From NCBI GenBank assembly GCA_017623055.1, contig JAGAPX010000023.1, positions 7,138 through 71,137 on the forward strand: a DNA stretch of 64,000 nucleotides. The letters run 5' to 3'. The notes beneath the pieces were generated by a model, which saw nothing but the letters and a program-made list of their open reading frames with translations, searched no databases and was not told the DNA's origin. The stretch's first letter is position 1. Each line of letters begins with the position of its first letter. Position numbers and translations under genes: made by a program. Below, piece by piece: positions 1 to 9,000 of this stretch. Source of the DNA: Phascolarctobacterium sp. GTDB lineage: Bacteria; Bacillota; Negativicutes; Acidaminococcales; Acidaminococcaceae.

Positions 1-2
1 CT

Positions 3-782
3 ACCAAATTGCAGGCTGGTATGTATAAGATTGAAGGCGGCATGAGTAATGGCGCCATCGTCAATGAATTTGCTAACGGACGTATTGAGCTGATTGACTT
101 CATCGTACCCGAAGGCTTTAACGTAGTTAAGACTGGTCGCAAGCTGGAAAGCTTGGGCTTGGGTAAGGCAGATAAATTCATTGAACTTGCTAAGAACTAC
201 GCACCTTACGATTATATGCGTACGGATAACCCTCACGTTATTTTTAAATCCGAAGGATTCCTGTACCCTGCAACCTACAAGGTTCCCTATGGTGCAAGTG
301 AGGAAGAGTACCTGAATATTTTCGTTAGACATTTTAACGAAGTGATGGAAAAGAACGGAGTCCTCAAAGCTGTAAAGGAACGTAACCTTGATTTGCGTGA
401 CGTAGTGAACATGGCAGCAATGGTAGAGATGGAAGCTGTTTACGCAGACGAACAGCCTCGCATTGCAGGGGTGTTCCATAATCGTATCGAAATTGGTATG
501 CCTATCCAATCTGATACCACCATCCAATACATCTTAGGTGCTCAAAAGGAAACCATTACCTTTAAAGATACGGAGATTCAAAATCCCTATAACACTTATC
601 AAAACTACGGCTTGCCCCCTGGACCCATTGGTAGTCCTAGCCTGAGTGCCATTAAGGCTGTCCTTGAACCGGAGCAAACTGATTATTTATATTTTGTTGC
701 AGAAAACAATGGTCACCACCGCTTTAGCAGAACCTATGCTGAACACCTGCGTGCCATTGATGAGATTTATTACGGGAGATAA
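3..782 (+). CDS. mltG: endolytic murein transglycosylase MltG/YceG, 5' end outside window
   Basis: Frame is open to the window edge. YceG-type C-terminal motifs are present (PIQSDTTIQY, NPYNTYQNYGLPPGPIGSPS, YLYFVAENNGHHRFSRTYAEH). A U32 gene follows, as in B. subtilis yrrL-yrrNO. Confidence 0.85.
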   Translation, partial: TKLQAGMYKIEGGMSNGAIVNEFANGRIELIDFIVPEGFNVVKTGRKLESLGLGKADKFIELAKNYAPYDYMRTDNPHVIFKSEGFLYPATYKVPYGASEEEYLNIFVRHFNEVMEKNGVLKAVKERNLDLRDVVNMAAMVEMEAVYADEQPRIAGVFHNRIEIGMPIQSDTTIQYILGAQKETITFKDTEIQNPYNTYQNYGLPPGPIGSPSLSAIKAVLEPEQTDYLYFVAENNGHHRFSRTYAEHLRAIDEIYYGR

Positions 783-784
783 TA

Positions 785-2017
785 ATGAGTAGAGTTTTAG
801 AAAAACCTGAGCTGCTTGCTCCTGCTGGTAATATGGAAAAGGGAAAAATGGCTCTTTTGTACGGTGCAGATGCCATCTACTTAGGTGGTAAGGCTTTTGG
901 CTTGCGTGCTTTCGCAAATAACTTCTCCATGGAAGAGATTGAGGAGATTACTGCCTTCGCCCACGATTTAGTCAAGAAGGTTTATGTTACCGTCAACATT
1001 TTTGCTCATAATGAAGATGTGAATAAGCTGCCTGCCTACTTGCAGGATTTGGAAAAGGCGGGCGTAGATGCTCTCCTTATTTCTGACCTTGGGGTGTGGA
1101 GCGTAGCAAAGCGTGTTGTTCCCAACTTGCCCTTGCATGTAAGCACCCAAGCTAATACTACTAACTTCGAAACTGTCAATGCTTGGCACGCTCTTGGTGC
1201 AGAGCGTGTTGTTTTGGCGCGTGAGCTTTCCCTTGCGGAAATTGCTGAGATTGGCGAAAAGACTACTGTTGAACTGGAAACTTTCGTGCATGGCGCAATG
1301 TGTATTTCTTATTCCGGTCGTTGTCTGTTAAGTGCATTCTTAACTGGTCGTGACGGTAATCGTGGTGCTTGCGCACAAGCTTGCCGTTGGGATTATACTA
1401 TTATGGAAAAGAATCGCCCCGGTGAGCAGTTCGATATCCAAGAGGACGAACGTGGCACTTATATTATGAACAGTAAGGATTTGTGCCTTATTGATTATTT
1501 GCCGGAGCTGATGCGCGCGGGCGTATGCAGCTTGAAGATTGAAGGCAGAATGAAGAGCGTGCACTACGTTGCTACCGTAGTAAGCACCTATCGTAAGGCA
1601 ATTGATTCCTGTTTTTCCAATATTGATAAATATAAAGTGCGTAAGGCTTGGCGTGAGGAGCTGGAAAAGGTTTCTCACCGTCCGTACACCACAGGCTTTG
1701 CCCTGGGTAAGCCTGATGAAAACTCCCAAGTTTATACTACCTCTAGCTACGAACAGACCCATGACTTCGTGGGCATCGTAACTGGCTATGACGTTGAAAA
1801 TAAACGTGCTCTCTTTGAACAACGTAACAACGTAAAAGAGGGAGAAGTGCTTGAACTTTTAATGCCCGATGGCAAATTGCTGGAAGTTACCCTCGCAGAT
1901 ATGCGTAACGCTGACGGTGAGCATATTGACTGCGCACCTCACGCTCAAATGAAGTTCTCCATCGCTTGTGATGTGGAGCTGTTGCCCTGTTCTTTACTCA
2001 GGAGGAAGGTTAAATGA
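785..2017 (+). CDS. U32-family peptidase-like protein (YrrN/YrrO, RlhA/TrhP-type family)
   Basis: 410-aa ORF with N-terminal PELLAPAGN...GADAIYLGG and FVHGAMCISYSGRC motifs typical of U32. The ATG lies 2 nt after the mltG stop. Confidence 0.8.
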   Translation: MSRVLEKPELLAPAGNMEKGKMALLYGADAIYLGGKAFGLRAFANNFSMEEIEEITAFAHDLVKKVYVTVNIFAHNEDVNKLPAYLQDLEKAGVDALLISDLGVWSVAKRVVPNLPLHVSTQANTTNFETVNAWHALGAERVVLARELSLAEIAEIGEKTTVELETFVHGAMCISYSGRCLLSAFLTGRDGNRGACAQACRWDYTIMEKNRPGEQFDIQEDERGTYIMNSKDLCLIDYLPELMRAGVCSLKIEGRMKSVHYVATVVSTYRKAIDSCFSNIDKYKVRKAWREELEKVSHRPYTTGFALGKPDENSQVYTTSSYEQTHDFVGIVTGYDVENKRALFEQRNNVKEGEVLELLMPDGKLLEVTLADMRNADGEHIDCAPHAQMKFSIACDVELLPCSLLRRKVK

Positions 2018-2250
2018 ACGATTACGACCGAAGTATGATTTATGCCCAAGTTGAGCCTGAACGTATTGCAGATGTGAACTGGATTATGGAGGGCTACGAG
2101 CATTTAGCCTTGGTTGGTACCATCGACGGCAAGGCAGGTTTGGTAAAATTTTACGCAACGCCTGATACCTTCGACGATGTTATCGACATTTTAGAGAATA
2201 TGCCTTTTAAAGTGGATATTTTGGAAGAGTTTTGCGAAGAATTAATGTAA
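2014..2250 (+). CDS. small conserved protein, possibly DUF4911-like, translationally coupled to the U32 gene
   Basis: 78-aa ORF whose ATG overlaps the U32 stop (ATGA at 2014-2017). The pattern WIMEGYEHLALVGTIDGKAGLVKFYATPDTFDDVIDILE matches my recollection of DUF4911, which I cannot verify here. Confidence 0.45.
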   Translation: MNDYDRSMIYAQVEPERIADVNWIMEGYEHLALVGTIDGKAGLVKFYATPDTFDDVIDILENMPFKVDILEEFCEELM

Positions 2251-2266
2251 GACTTGTGGCAAATTC

Positions 2267-2295
2267 TTGAAAGATTTATTTAAGAGTGGTAAAAT
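2267..2295 (+). promoter_or_regulatory. sigma-A-type promoter for the aminopeptidase-efp unit
   Basis: TTGAAA (2267-2272), 17-nt spacer, TAAAAT (2290-2295), preceded by TG at 2287-2288. SD AAGGTGGTGA lies upstream of ATG 2340. Confidence 0.5.
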
Positions 2296-2339
2296 ACTAG
2301 GGTGGACTATGTCTAATTTTAGGTTAAGGTGGTGAAGTA

Positions 2340-3398
2340 ATGACACGTTTAAACAAGGTTCTGGAGGTTATGGCAAAGGAACAGGTGGACTGTGTCATTA
2401 TCAAGGACGAAACTACTATCCGTTATGTGACGGGTTTTAGTGGCGATTCCAGTTTATTCTATCTTGACCGTTTCAAAGGTATCTTAATTACCGATGGTCG
2501 TTACACGGAGCAAGCTAAGCACGAAATGAAAATGTTCCAAGTGTTGGAATACACTGGTAGCATTTGGGCTGCTGCTGCAGAGCTTGCGAAGGATGCAAAG
2601 GTTGTTGGCTTTGACGGAGCCTGCTTCACCTACGCAGATTACGTGGGCTTGAAGGAACTGTTGGGCGAAAAAACCAGTATGCAAAGCCTTGACTTTAGCG
2701 GTATTCGTCAGATTAAGGATAATAAGGAACTTGAGCTGATGGTGCACGCTGCCCGTATTGCGGACGAAGCATTCTTTAAACTGTTGGATGACATCAAACC
2801 TGGTCGCACGGAGCGCTCCTTGGCAGGACGCTTGGAATATTATATGCGTGCCCTTGGTAGTGAAAAGGTTTCCTTCGATACCATTGTTGCTTCCGGTGTG
2901 CGCAGTGCGTTGCCTCACGGTATGGCAAGCGACAAGGTGGTTGAGGTAGGCGACTTTATTACCTTCGACTTTGGTGCTGTGTATAAGGGGTACCATTCTG
3001 ATATGACCAGAACCGTTGTCCTTGGTATGGCAATGGATTGGCATAAGGAAATTTACACTGTTGTCCAAGAGGCTCAGTACAAGGGACTGAAGGCTGCACG
3101 AGTTGGTATGACAGGACGCGAGCTTGACGCCATTGTCCGCGACTGCATCAACGCTTGTGGTTACGGCGATTACTTTGTCCATGGACTTGGTCATGGGGTA
3201 GGTCTTGAAATCCACGAGTTACCCAACATTAACAAGCGTGGTAATACCAAGCTTGAAACTGGTATGATTTTTACCATTGAACCTGGTATATACATTCCCG
3301 GCAAAGGCGGGGTTCGTATAGAAGATACTGTTGTTTTGACAGAAGATGGAGCTAAGGCTTTGAACGGTGTCAAAAAACAGCTCATTGAAATTGTTTAA
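2340..3398 (+). CDS. M24-family Xaa-Pro aminopeptidase (aminopeptidase P family)
   Basis: Creatinase-like N-domain plus M24 metal-ligand motifs (DFGAVYKGYHSDMTRT, HGLGHGVGLEIHE, EPGIYIPG, RIEDTV). It precedes efp, as yqhT does in B. subtilis. Confidence 0.85.
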   Translation: MTRLNKVLEVMAKEQVDCVIIKDETTIRYVTGFSGDSSLFYLDRFKGILITDGRYTEQAKHEMKMFQVLEYTGSIWAAAAELAKDAKVVGFDGACFTYADYVGLKELLGEKTSMQSLDFSGIRQIKDNKELELMVHAARIADEAFFKLLDDIKPGRTERSLAGRLEYYMRALGSEKVSFDTIVASGVRSALPHGMASDKVVEVGDFITFDFGAVYKGYHSDMTRTVVLGMAMDWHKEIYTVVQEAQYKGLKAARVGMTGRELDAIVRDCINACGYGDYFVHGLGHGVGLEIHELPNINKRGNTKLETGMIFTIEPGIYIPGKGGVRIEDTVVLTEDGAKALNGVKKQLIEIV

Positions 3399-3430
3399 TA
3401 TTAAAACACAAATATTAGGAGGGCTTAATT

Positions 3431-3988
3431 ATGATTTCTACCAACGAATTCAAAACTAACGTAACCGTTACCATCGACGGTGATCCCTGGCAAGTAGTTG
3501 AATTCCAACACGTAAAACCCGGTAAAGGCGCTGCATTCGTACGTGCAAAAATGCGTAACATGTCCACCGGTGCTGTAGTTGAACGTACCTTCAACGCTGG
3601 CGAACGTATGCCGAAAGCTCGCATCGAACGTCGTGCTATGCAATACCTCTATGAATCCGACGGCATGTATGTATTCATGGATAACGAAACCTATGACCAA
3701 ATGGAATTGAGCAAAGACACCCTGGGTTCTGCTCTTAACTTCCTCCAAGAAAACATGGACGTTAAAATCATGACCTACGAAAACCATGTATTGGGCGTTG
3801 ACCTCCCGAACACCGTTAACCTGACCGTTGTTGAAACCGAACCCGGCATCAAAGGCGACACCGCTACCGGCGGCAGCAAAAACGCTACCATGAACACCGG
3901 TTATGTTGTAAAAGTTCCTCTGTTCATCAACGAAGGCGACGTACTCGCAATCGATACCAGAACTGGCGATTATATCTCCCGCGCTTAA
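3431..3988 (+). CDS. efp: translation elongation factor P
   Basis: 185 aa with the [17 protein letters not shown] loop and EF-P OB domains. SD AGGAGGG lies upstream. Confidence 0.95.
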   Translation: MISTNEFKTNVTVTIDGDPWQVVEFQHVKPGKGAAFVRAKMRNMSTGAVVERTFNAGERMPKARIERRAMQYLYESDGMYVFMDNETYDQMELSKDTLGSALNFLQENMDVKIMTYENHVLGVDLPNTVNLTVVETEPGIKGDTATGGSKNATMNTGYVVKVPLFINEGDVLAIDTRTGDYISRA

Positions 3989-4126
3989 AATCTTTATAAG
4001 CGCCGTTATGCTTTGTCGCAATTCATTCGCTTGCTCGACGTACCACTAGTACGCCTTCGCTTCACGAATTTCATTGCTTCGCGCCTTCCGGCACTTCTAA
4101 TGATTTTATATAACATAGGATTCATT

Positions 4127-4160
4127 TCCCTGCTCACTTTTGTGGGCGGGGATTTTTTTA
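4127..4160 (+). terminator. intrinsic terminator after efp
   Basis: Stem CCCTGCTCAC / GTGGGCGGGG (two G-U pairs), loop TTTT, then a T-run (4152-4159). Confidence 0.6.
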
Positions 4161-4303
4161 TTTTAGGCTAATTAAAATAAAAATCATATCATACCAATAG
4201 AGGAACAGGACATATTGATGTCGAATTGAATAGTAGTTAAGTTTGTATGAATTTTTTGAGAAGAAATTCTGATAGACGTTTCATTGAAGGATGGGAAATA
4301 ATT

Positions 4304-5974
4304 ATGAAAAGAACGACTAGTTTAACGATATTAAGTGCTTTGATTATGGGTAGCTTTATGGGAACAGCCTTAGCTGCACCGGGAAACATTCCTGATACTT
4401 TAGCTAATAAAGTAGATTTTGCGTCCCAACAACTTAAAGACGATGCTACGTTGCGTAGTTACTACGAAGCAAGCAAATATAAAGACGAGCTTCCTCAAAG
4501 TACTGACATCAAATATGACAAAGAGCTTGTTGCTCCTCAAGAAAGTGTATTGAATTTTGAAGTCAAAGAGCTTCGTGTTACTAAGTCTGAACTTTTAACT
4601 GCGGATGAGTTGCGTAGTGCTATTCAATTTGTGGGTGCTAAGACCATGAGCGTTAAAGAGCTGCAAAAAATTGTTGATAGAATCAATAGTGCATATTTAG
4701 CAAAGGGGATTCAAACTGCGCAGGCTGTGCTGCCGCCCCAAGTAGTGCGTGATGGTGTAGTGTATATCCGCTTAATCGAAGGGCGTTATGGTGAAATCAA
4801 AGTACAGGGTAATAAACGTATTCTCGAAAGCTATGTTAAGGATAGGGTTAGTGCAACTACTAATGAGTTAAGTGATTTGAACCAATTACAAAAGGACTTG
4901 CTTTTGTACAATAATACTAATAACTTCCGCTTACGCGCAGAGCTTGTTCCTGGGAAGGAGCTTGGTTCTTCCGATTTAGTTCTGACCATAGATGAAGCTG
5001 TAAATCCATGGAAGAGCTATTTTTTTGTGGATAATGCCAATCAAGATGAGAGTGGTTTGTATAGAGCAGGTTTTGTATCTGCTGCCTACGGGTTAAGCGG
5101 TGCGGATGATCGCTTGTTGGTTAACCCAGTTTTTACAGAAGGTACAATTAGCGGTTTGATTAGTTACGATGCACCTATCAGTAATGAGGGTACACGCGCT
5201 AATATTTCTTTTAGCCGTAACCGTGTAAAGATTATTGATGGTAGATTTGAAGATTTTGATATTATGGCGCACTCTAATGATTTATCCATTGGTGTAAGCC
5301 ATCCCTTGAACGTTACTCCGTTGACCAAGATAGATGTTTTCGTAGAAGCTCATCGTAAATGGTCTAACACGGAATATTCTGGTTGGAACATTGCAGATAC
5401 TGATACGAATGCGCTCAAGATAGGTTTAAATCTACGAAAGTACGATAAAAATGGTTTGTGGTTTGCTCAGGTGAGTGCTACAAGTTTCAACACAGATTTC
5501 AACATTAGAAATGAGCAGGCTGATGGAGACTATTATGGTGCTTATTGTATGCGCCGCCAGAATTTGTCTGCTGGGCAATATTTGTTAGTGCGTGCTTTCG
5601 GACAGTTTACTAACGATAAAGAGTTACCTTCTTCCGAACAGTTTTCTATCGGTGGTATTGCTACAGTGCGTGGTTATGAGGAAAGTGAGTTGAGTGGCGA
5701 CAAAGGTTGGGTTGCCAGCGTCGAGTATGGTTTCCCGATTTCTAAGGATAATCAAAGCTTACGAGGGTTTGCTTTTTATGACCATGGCGCAGTTTATGAC
5801 AATTATTCTGCAACTACCACGAGAAAGTATATTAGCAGTACGGGCGTGGGTTTAGAATTTTTCCAAAAGGGTTGGTATGGTAGATTGGCACTGGGGGTAC
5901 CTTTAGAAGACAGTGGGAATGATATTCATAGCTCCAAGACACGTACTCACTTCTATTTGCAAAAGGATATTTAG
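4304..5974 (+). CDS. TpsB outer-membrane transporter (ShlB/FhaC/HecB family, Omp85 superfamily)
   Basis: Signal peptide MKRTTSLTILSALIMGSFMGTALA/AP. POTRA-like segment (ELRVTKSELLTADELRSAIQF...GVVYIRLIEGRYGEIKVQGN). ShlB-type barrel motif FSIGGIATVRGYEESELSGDKGW. The maximal ORF starts at 4247, but ATG 4304 gives a proper signal peptide and has AGGA upstream. Confidence 0.85.
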   Translation: MKRTTSLTILSALIMGSFMGTALAAPGNIPDTLANKVDFASQQLKDDATLRSYYEASKYKDELPQSTDIKYDKELVAPQESVLNFEVKELRVTKSELLTADELRSAIQFVGAKTMSVKELQKIVDRINSAYLAKGIQTAQAVLPPQVVRDGVVYIRLIEGRYGEIKVQGNKRILESYVKDRVSATTNELSDLNQLQKDLLLYNNTNNFRLRAELVPGKELGSSDLVLTIDEAVNPWKSYFFVDNANQDESGLYRAGFVSAAYGLSGADDRLLVNPVFTEGTISGLISYDAPISNEGTRANISFSRNRVKIIDGRFEDFDIMAHSNDLSIGVSHPLNVTPLTKIDVFVEAHRKWSNTEYSGWNIADTDTNALKIGLNLRKYDKNGLWFAQVSATSFNTDFNIRNEQADGDYYGAYCMRRQNLSAGQYLLVRAFGQFTNDKELPSSEQFSIGGIATVRGYEESELSGDKGWVASVEYGFPISKDNQSLRGFAFYDHGAVYDNYSATTTRKYISSTGVGLEFFQKGWYGRLALGVPLEDSGNDIHSSKTRTHFYLQKDI

Positions 5975-6016
5975 TTTTACATATAGTTAGGTGATTTTCA
6001 TAAGGAGAACGGAATT

Positions 6017-9000
6017 ATGAGAATGACACGTAAAATTCGTAGAGCTTGGTTGCGTGGCAAGCCTGAATGGGCGAAATGTTATTCATTAAAGGCTCGTATG
6101 CGTAAGCAGTCCAAGCGCATTGCTTATCAAGAAAAGAAAGTTAAATTACATAGCTACAGCCGTTACTTGGTGGCGGGTGTTCTTTTGGCGTGCTTGGGAA
6201 TGGGGCAAAGTGTAGCTAACGCCAGTGAGATTACTGCAAGTGCAGGTGTAGTGGATAACGTTATCCATAATGCTACACATGTTTATGATATTTATAACCA
6301 ACAGGTAAGTAATGGTAGTGCATTAAATAAATTTGATAAATTCAATTTGTTTGCTGACGATATTGCTAATTTGCAATTAGGGCAACATACTGTAGGCGAT
6401 GTTACTTATCAGGCTGCAGATAGACAAATTAATTTAGTTACAGATAAAGTTGTTATCAATGGTGTACTTAATGCCTTAAAAGACAACCAAATCGGCGGTG
6501 ACATTTATTTCTTTAGTGATAAAGGTATTGCTGTTGGTGCGACAGGTGTAATCAACGTTGGTAGCTTGACATTGGGGACAAGTACCGCTGCAGGGCAAAG
6601 TATTTATAATGATTGGACCTCTTATAACAATAAAACTTCTTTGCAAAAAGCGCAGTTTATTGTTGGTAGCAGTGAGAACGTAGCAGACAATCTCATTTCT
6701 GTAAATGGTATCATTAATTCTGTTGGTGATGTCATTCTTGGTGCGAAGAAAATTGACGTTAGTGGTGATGCCAAAATTAATGCAGGCGTTAGCTTCGAGA
6801 GCACGAATAAAGCTAAAACTGATACTCAATCTTTTGATGAGTATAAAGCTCAATTTATGAATCTTAATGGTGTAGAAAGTGCTTCGTTAGCAGTTAAGGC
6901 ATCAAGTGGAGAGATAGTTCTTTTTGGTAAATCTGGCATTGATTTTTCCTCAGAAGATACCATTAGCATTACGGGTAATGATAGCAAGTATGTGAAGTTA
7001 GTTACAATTGGCGGGGATATAGATATTACTGCATCCCGTAATAGTATGGGTGATACTGTTGTAAACATTACCGATGCTAATTTAGACGCTACGGATAAAA
7101 CCAGTGGGGGAAATGCTCATGGTAACGTAAACGTTACTGCAAGCACAACTACTAACACATTCTCTTGGGCTATGGATGGTTCTGATGCAGAGGTGAATAT
7201 TGTTGGTAGTACTTTGACTGGCGATAATGTTAATGTAAGTGCATTTGCTAGTACTTCTGGAAAGCTTTCTAGTGATGATGATATTACTGATACTGAAATT
7301 AGCGATGCAATAGAACAAGGTAATCATAGATTATTAAATGCTGTAAAAGAGCTTGCACTAGACAATGCTTTGAATCTTAGGACTATTGCAACTGCTACTA
7401 AGGTTCATGCAAACGCAGAGGTTAATATTTTAGATAGTAATCTTACTGCTGTTGGTAATTCTCAAAACGATATAAATGTTAAACATGGTGACATAAAAGT
7501 TCAAGCTTTAGCTTCTTCTGAAATTAATACTATTGGTTTTGGTCCTATTGGTTACAGTGCAACTGCGGGTATTAGCGATGTAAACGCTTCCGTTAATATT
7601 GGTAGCAAAGAAAATAGTAGCATAGGAAGTACATTAACTGCACAGAACGACGTTGTTTTATATGCAAATGGAGAAAATAGTGTTGATTTATATTACCTTG
7701 ATTTAGCTTTGACGGATACTTTTACCTATAGTAGCGCAGCAACTAATTGGGCAGAGGTTAATAGTAACGTTTCTGTTAGGGTTGATGACAATTCTAAACT
7801 TTATGCAACTAATGATGTTAATATAACATCTAATTCGATACGTGCTTTGAGCAATAGTGCGTGTGCAGGTGGTGACGCAGATTATTTAGGCGTTACTACT
7901 AGCATTTCACTTGCAGATACTAAAGCGGAAACAATTATTGATGGTGATATCTTTGCTGATGGAGATATAAATGTTTCTGCGTATAATTCAGTGGCACAAG
8001 ATGAAGATGGTTACTACACTCCCGATACAAGTATTGCCGAAAGTCTTAGTGGTGATACTTTTATGGGTAAATCTATTGCAGTTGGTGCAAAGAATGCTAT
8101 AAGCGGATTGGTAGGAGTAATTACTGATGGAGAGCACCATCTTATAGATGTTAATGCTGTTCCTAGTAAGGGCAGTGAGTTTGGCGTAAATGCAGCTACT
8201 GCAGTCTTGAGTAGTGTAAATGTGGCAAAAGCAGAAGTTAATGGCACTGTTGCAGGTAAAACTGAAAGTAGTGCAGCTAATTCATTAACTGTTAACGCAG
8301 AAACCATAAGTCGTAGTAATGTAGTTGCTATGGCATACCAAAATGAGCTTACTAAAGTTTCAGATGGAACTGCTGGTAGCAAAGATTATGGTGTGGCTTC
8401 TGGTGTAAATGTAGGTGTCACAAAGAATTTTTCCATTGCCTCTGTTAATGGTAACGTAAATATCGCTAATGATTTAGATGTAAAATCTAAGACTAAGGTG
8501 CCGTGGCAAAGCGCTTCTTGGAGTAGCAATGACGCTAGTCCGTTTGCGGTTACTACTACCTTAATTACCAATCTTTTCACTAGTAGAAATGCAGGTATGT
8601 CCGATGTTGTAGATTCTTGGGCACAGTCTAATAACTCTACTGACAAAGCAGCTTTTGCAGCTTCTATTGGTTTTATGGAATATGATAATAAAAGTGAAGC
8701 TTTTATTGGTTCGGATGCAGAACTTACAGTAGGTGGTAATCTTGATGTAAGTGCTTTAAACGAGATTATAACGGCAAATTTTGCTGGTAATATTTCTTCT
8801 CCCATTAATATGATGCCTCTTGGCTTTTTGTGGAAATATACTTGGGGATACCAAAAAGATATTATAAAACCTAATTTGTGGGGTAATGAAAATACTCAAT
8901 ACGCTTCTTTGGGTGGCTCTGCCGTTGCTGTTCATCAGTCAAATAACGCCAAAGCGTATATTGCTGATGGTGCGACAATAATTACTGCGGATAGATTAGA

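Noticed and set aside
3989-4190. In-frame continuation after the efp stop, or a 52-codon TTG ORF with a hydrophobic tail
   Set aside because: It has no SD and a weak start. The efp terminator hairpin lies inside it. Readthrough of the efp TAA has no supporting signal.
4247-4303. Upstream extension of tpsB (MNFLRRNSDRRFIEGWEII...)
   Set aside because: The extension adds 19 residues before a canonical signal peptide. ATG 4304 gives a standard n-h-c region, so I treat the longer form as an ORF-track artefact, though it is not excluded.
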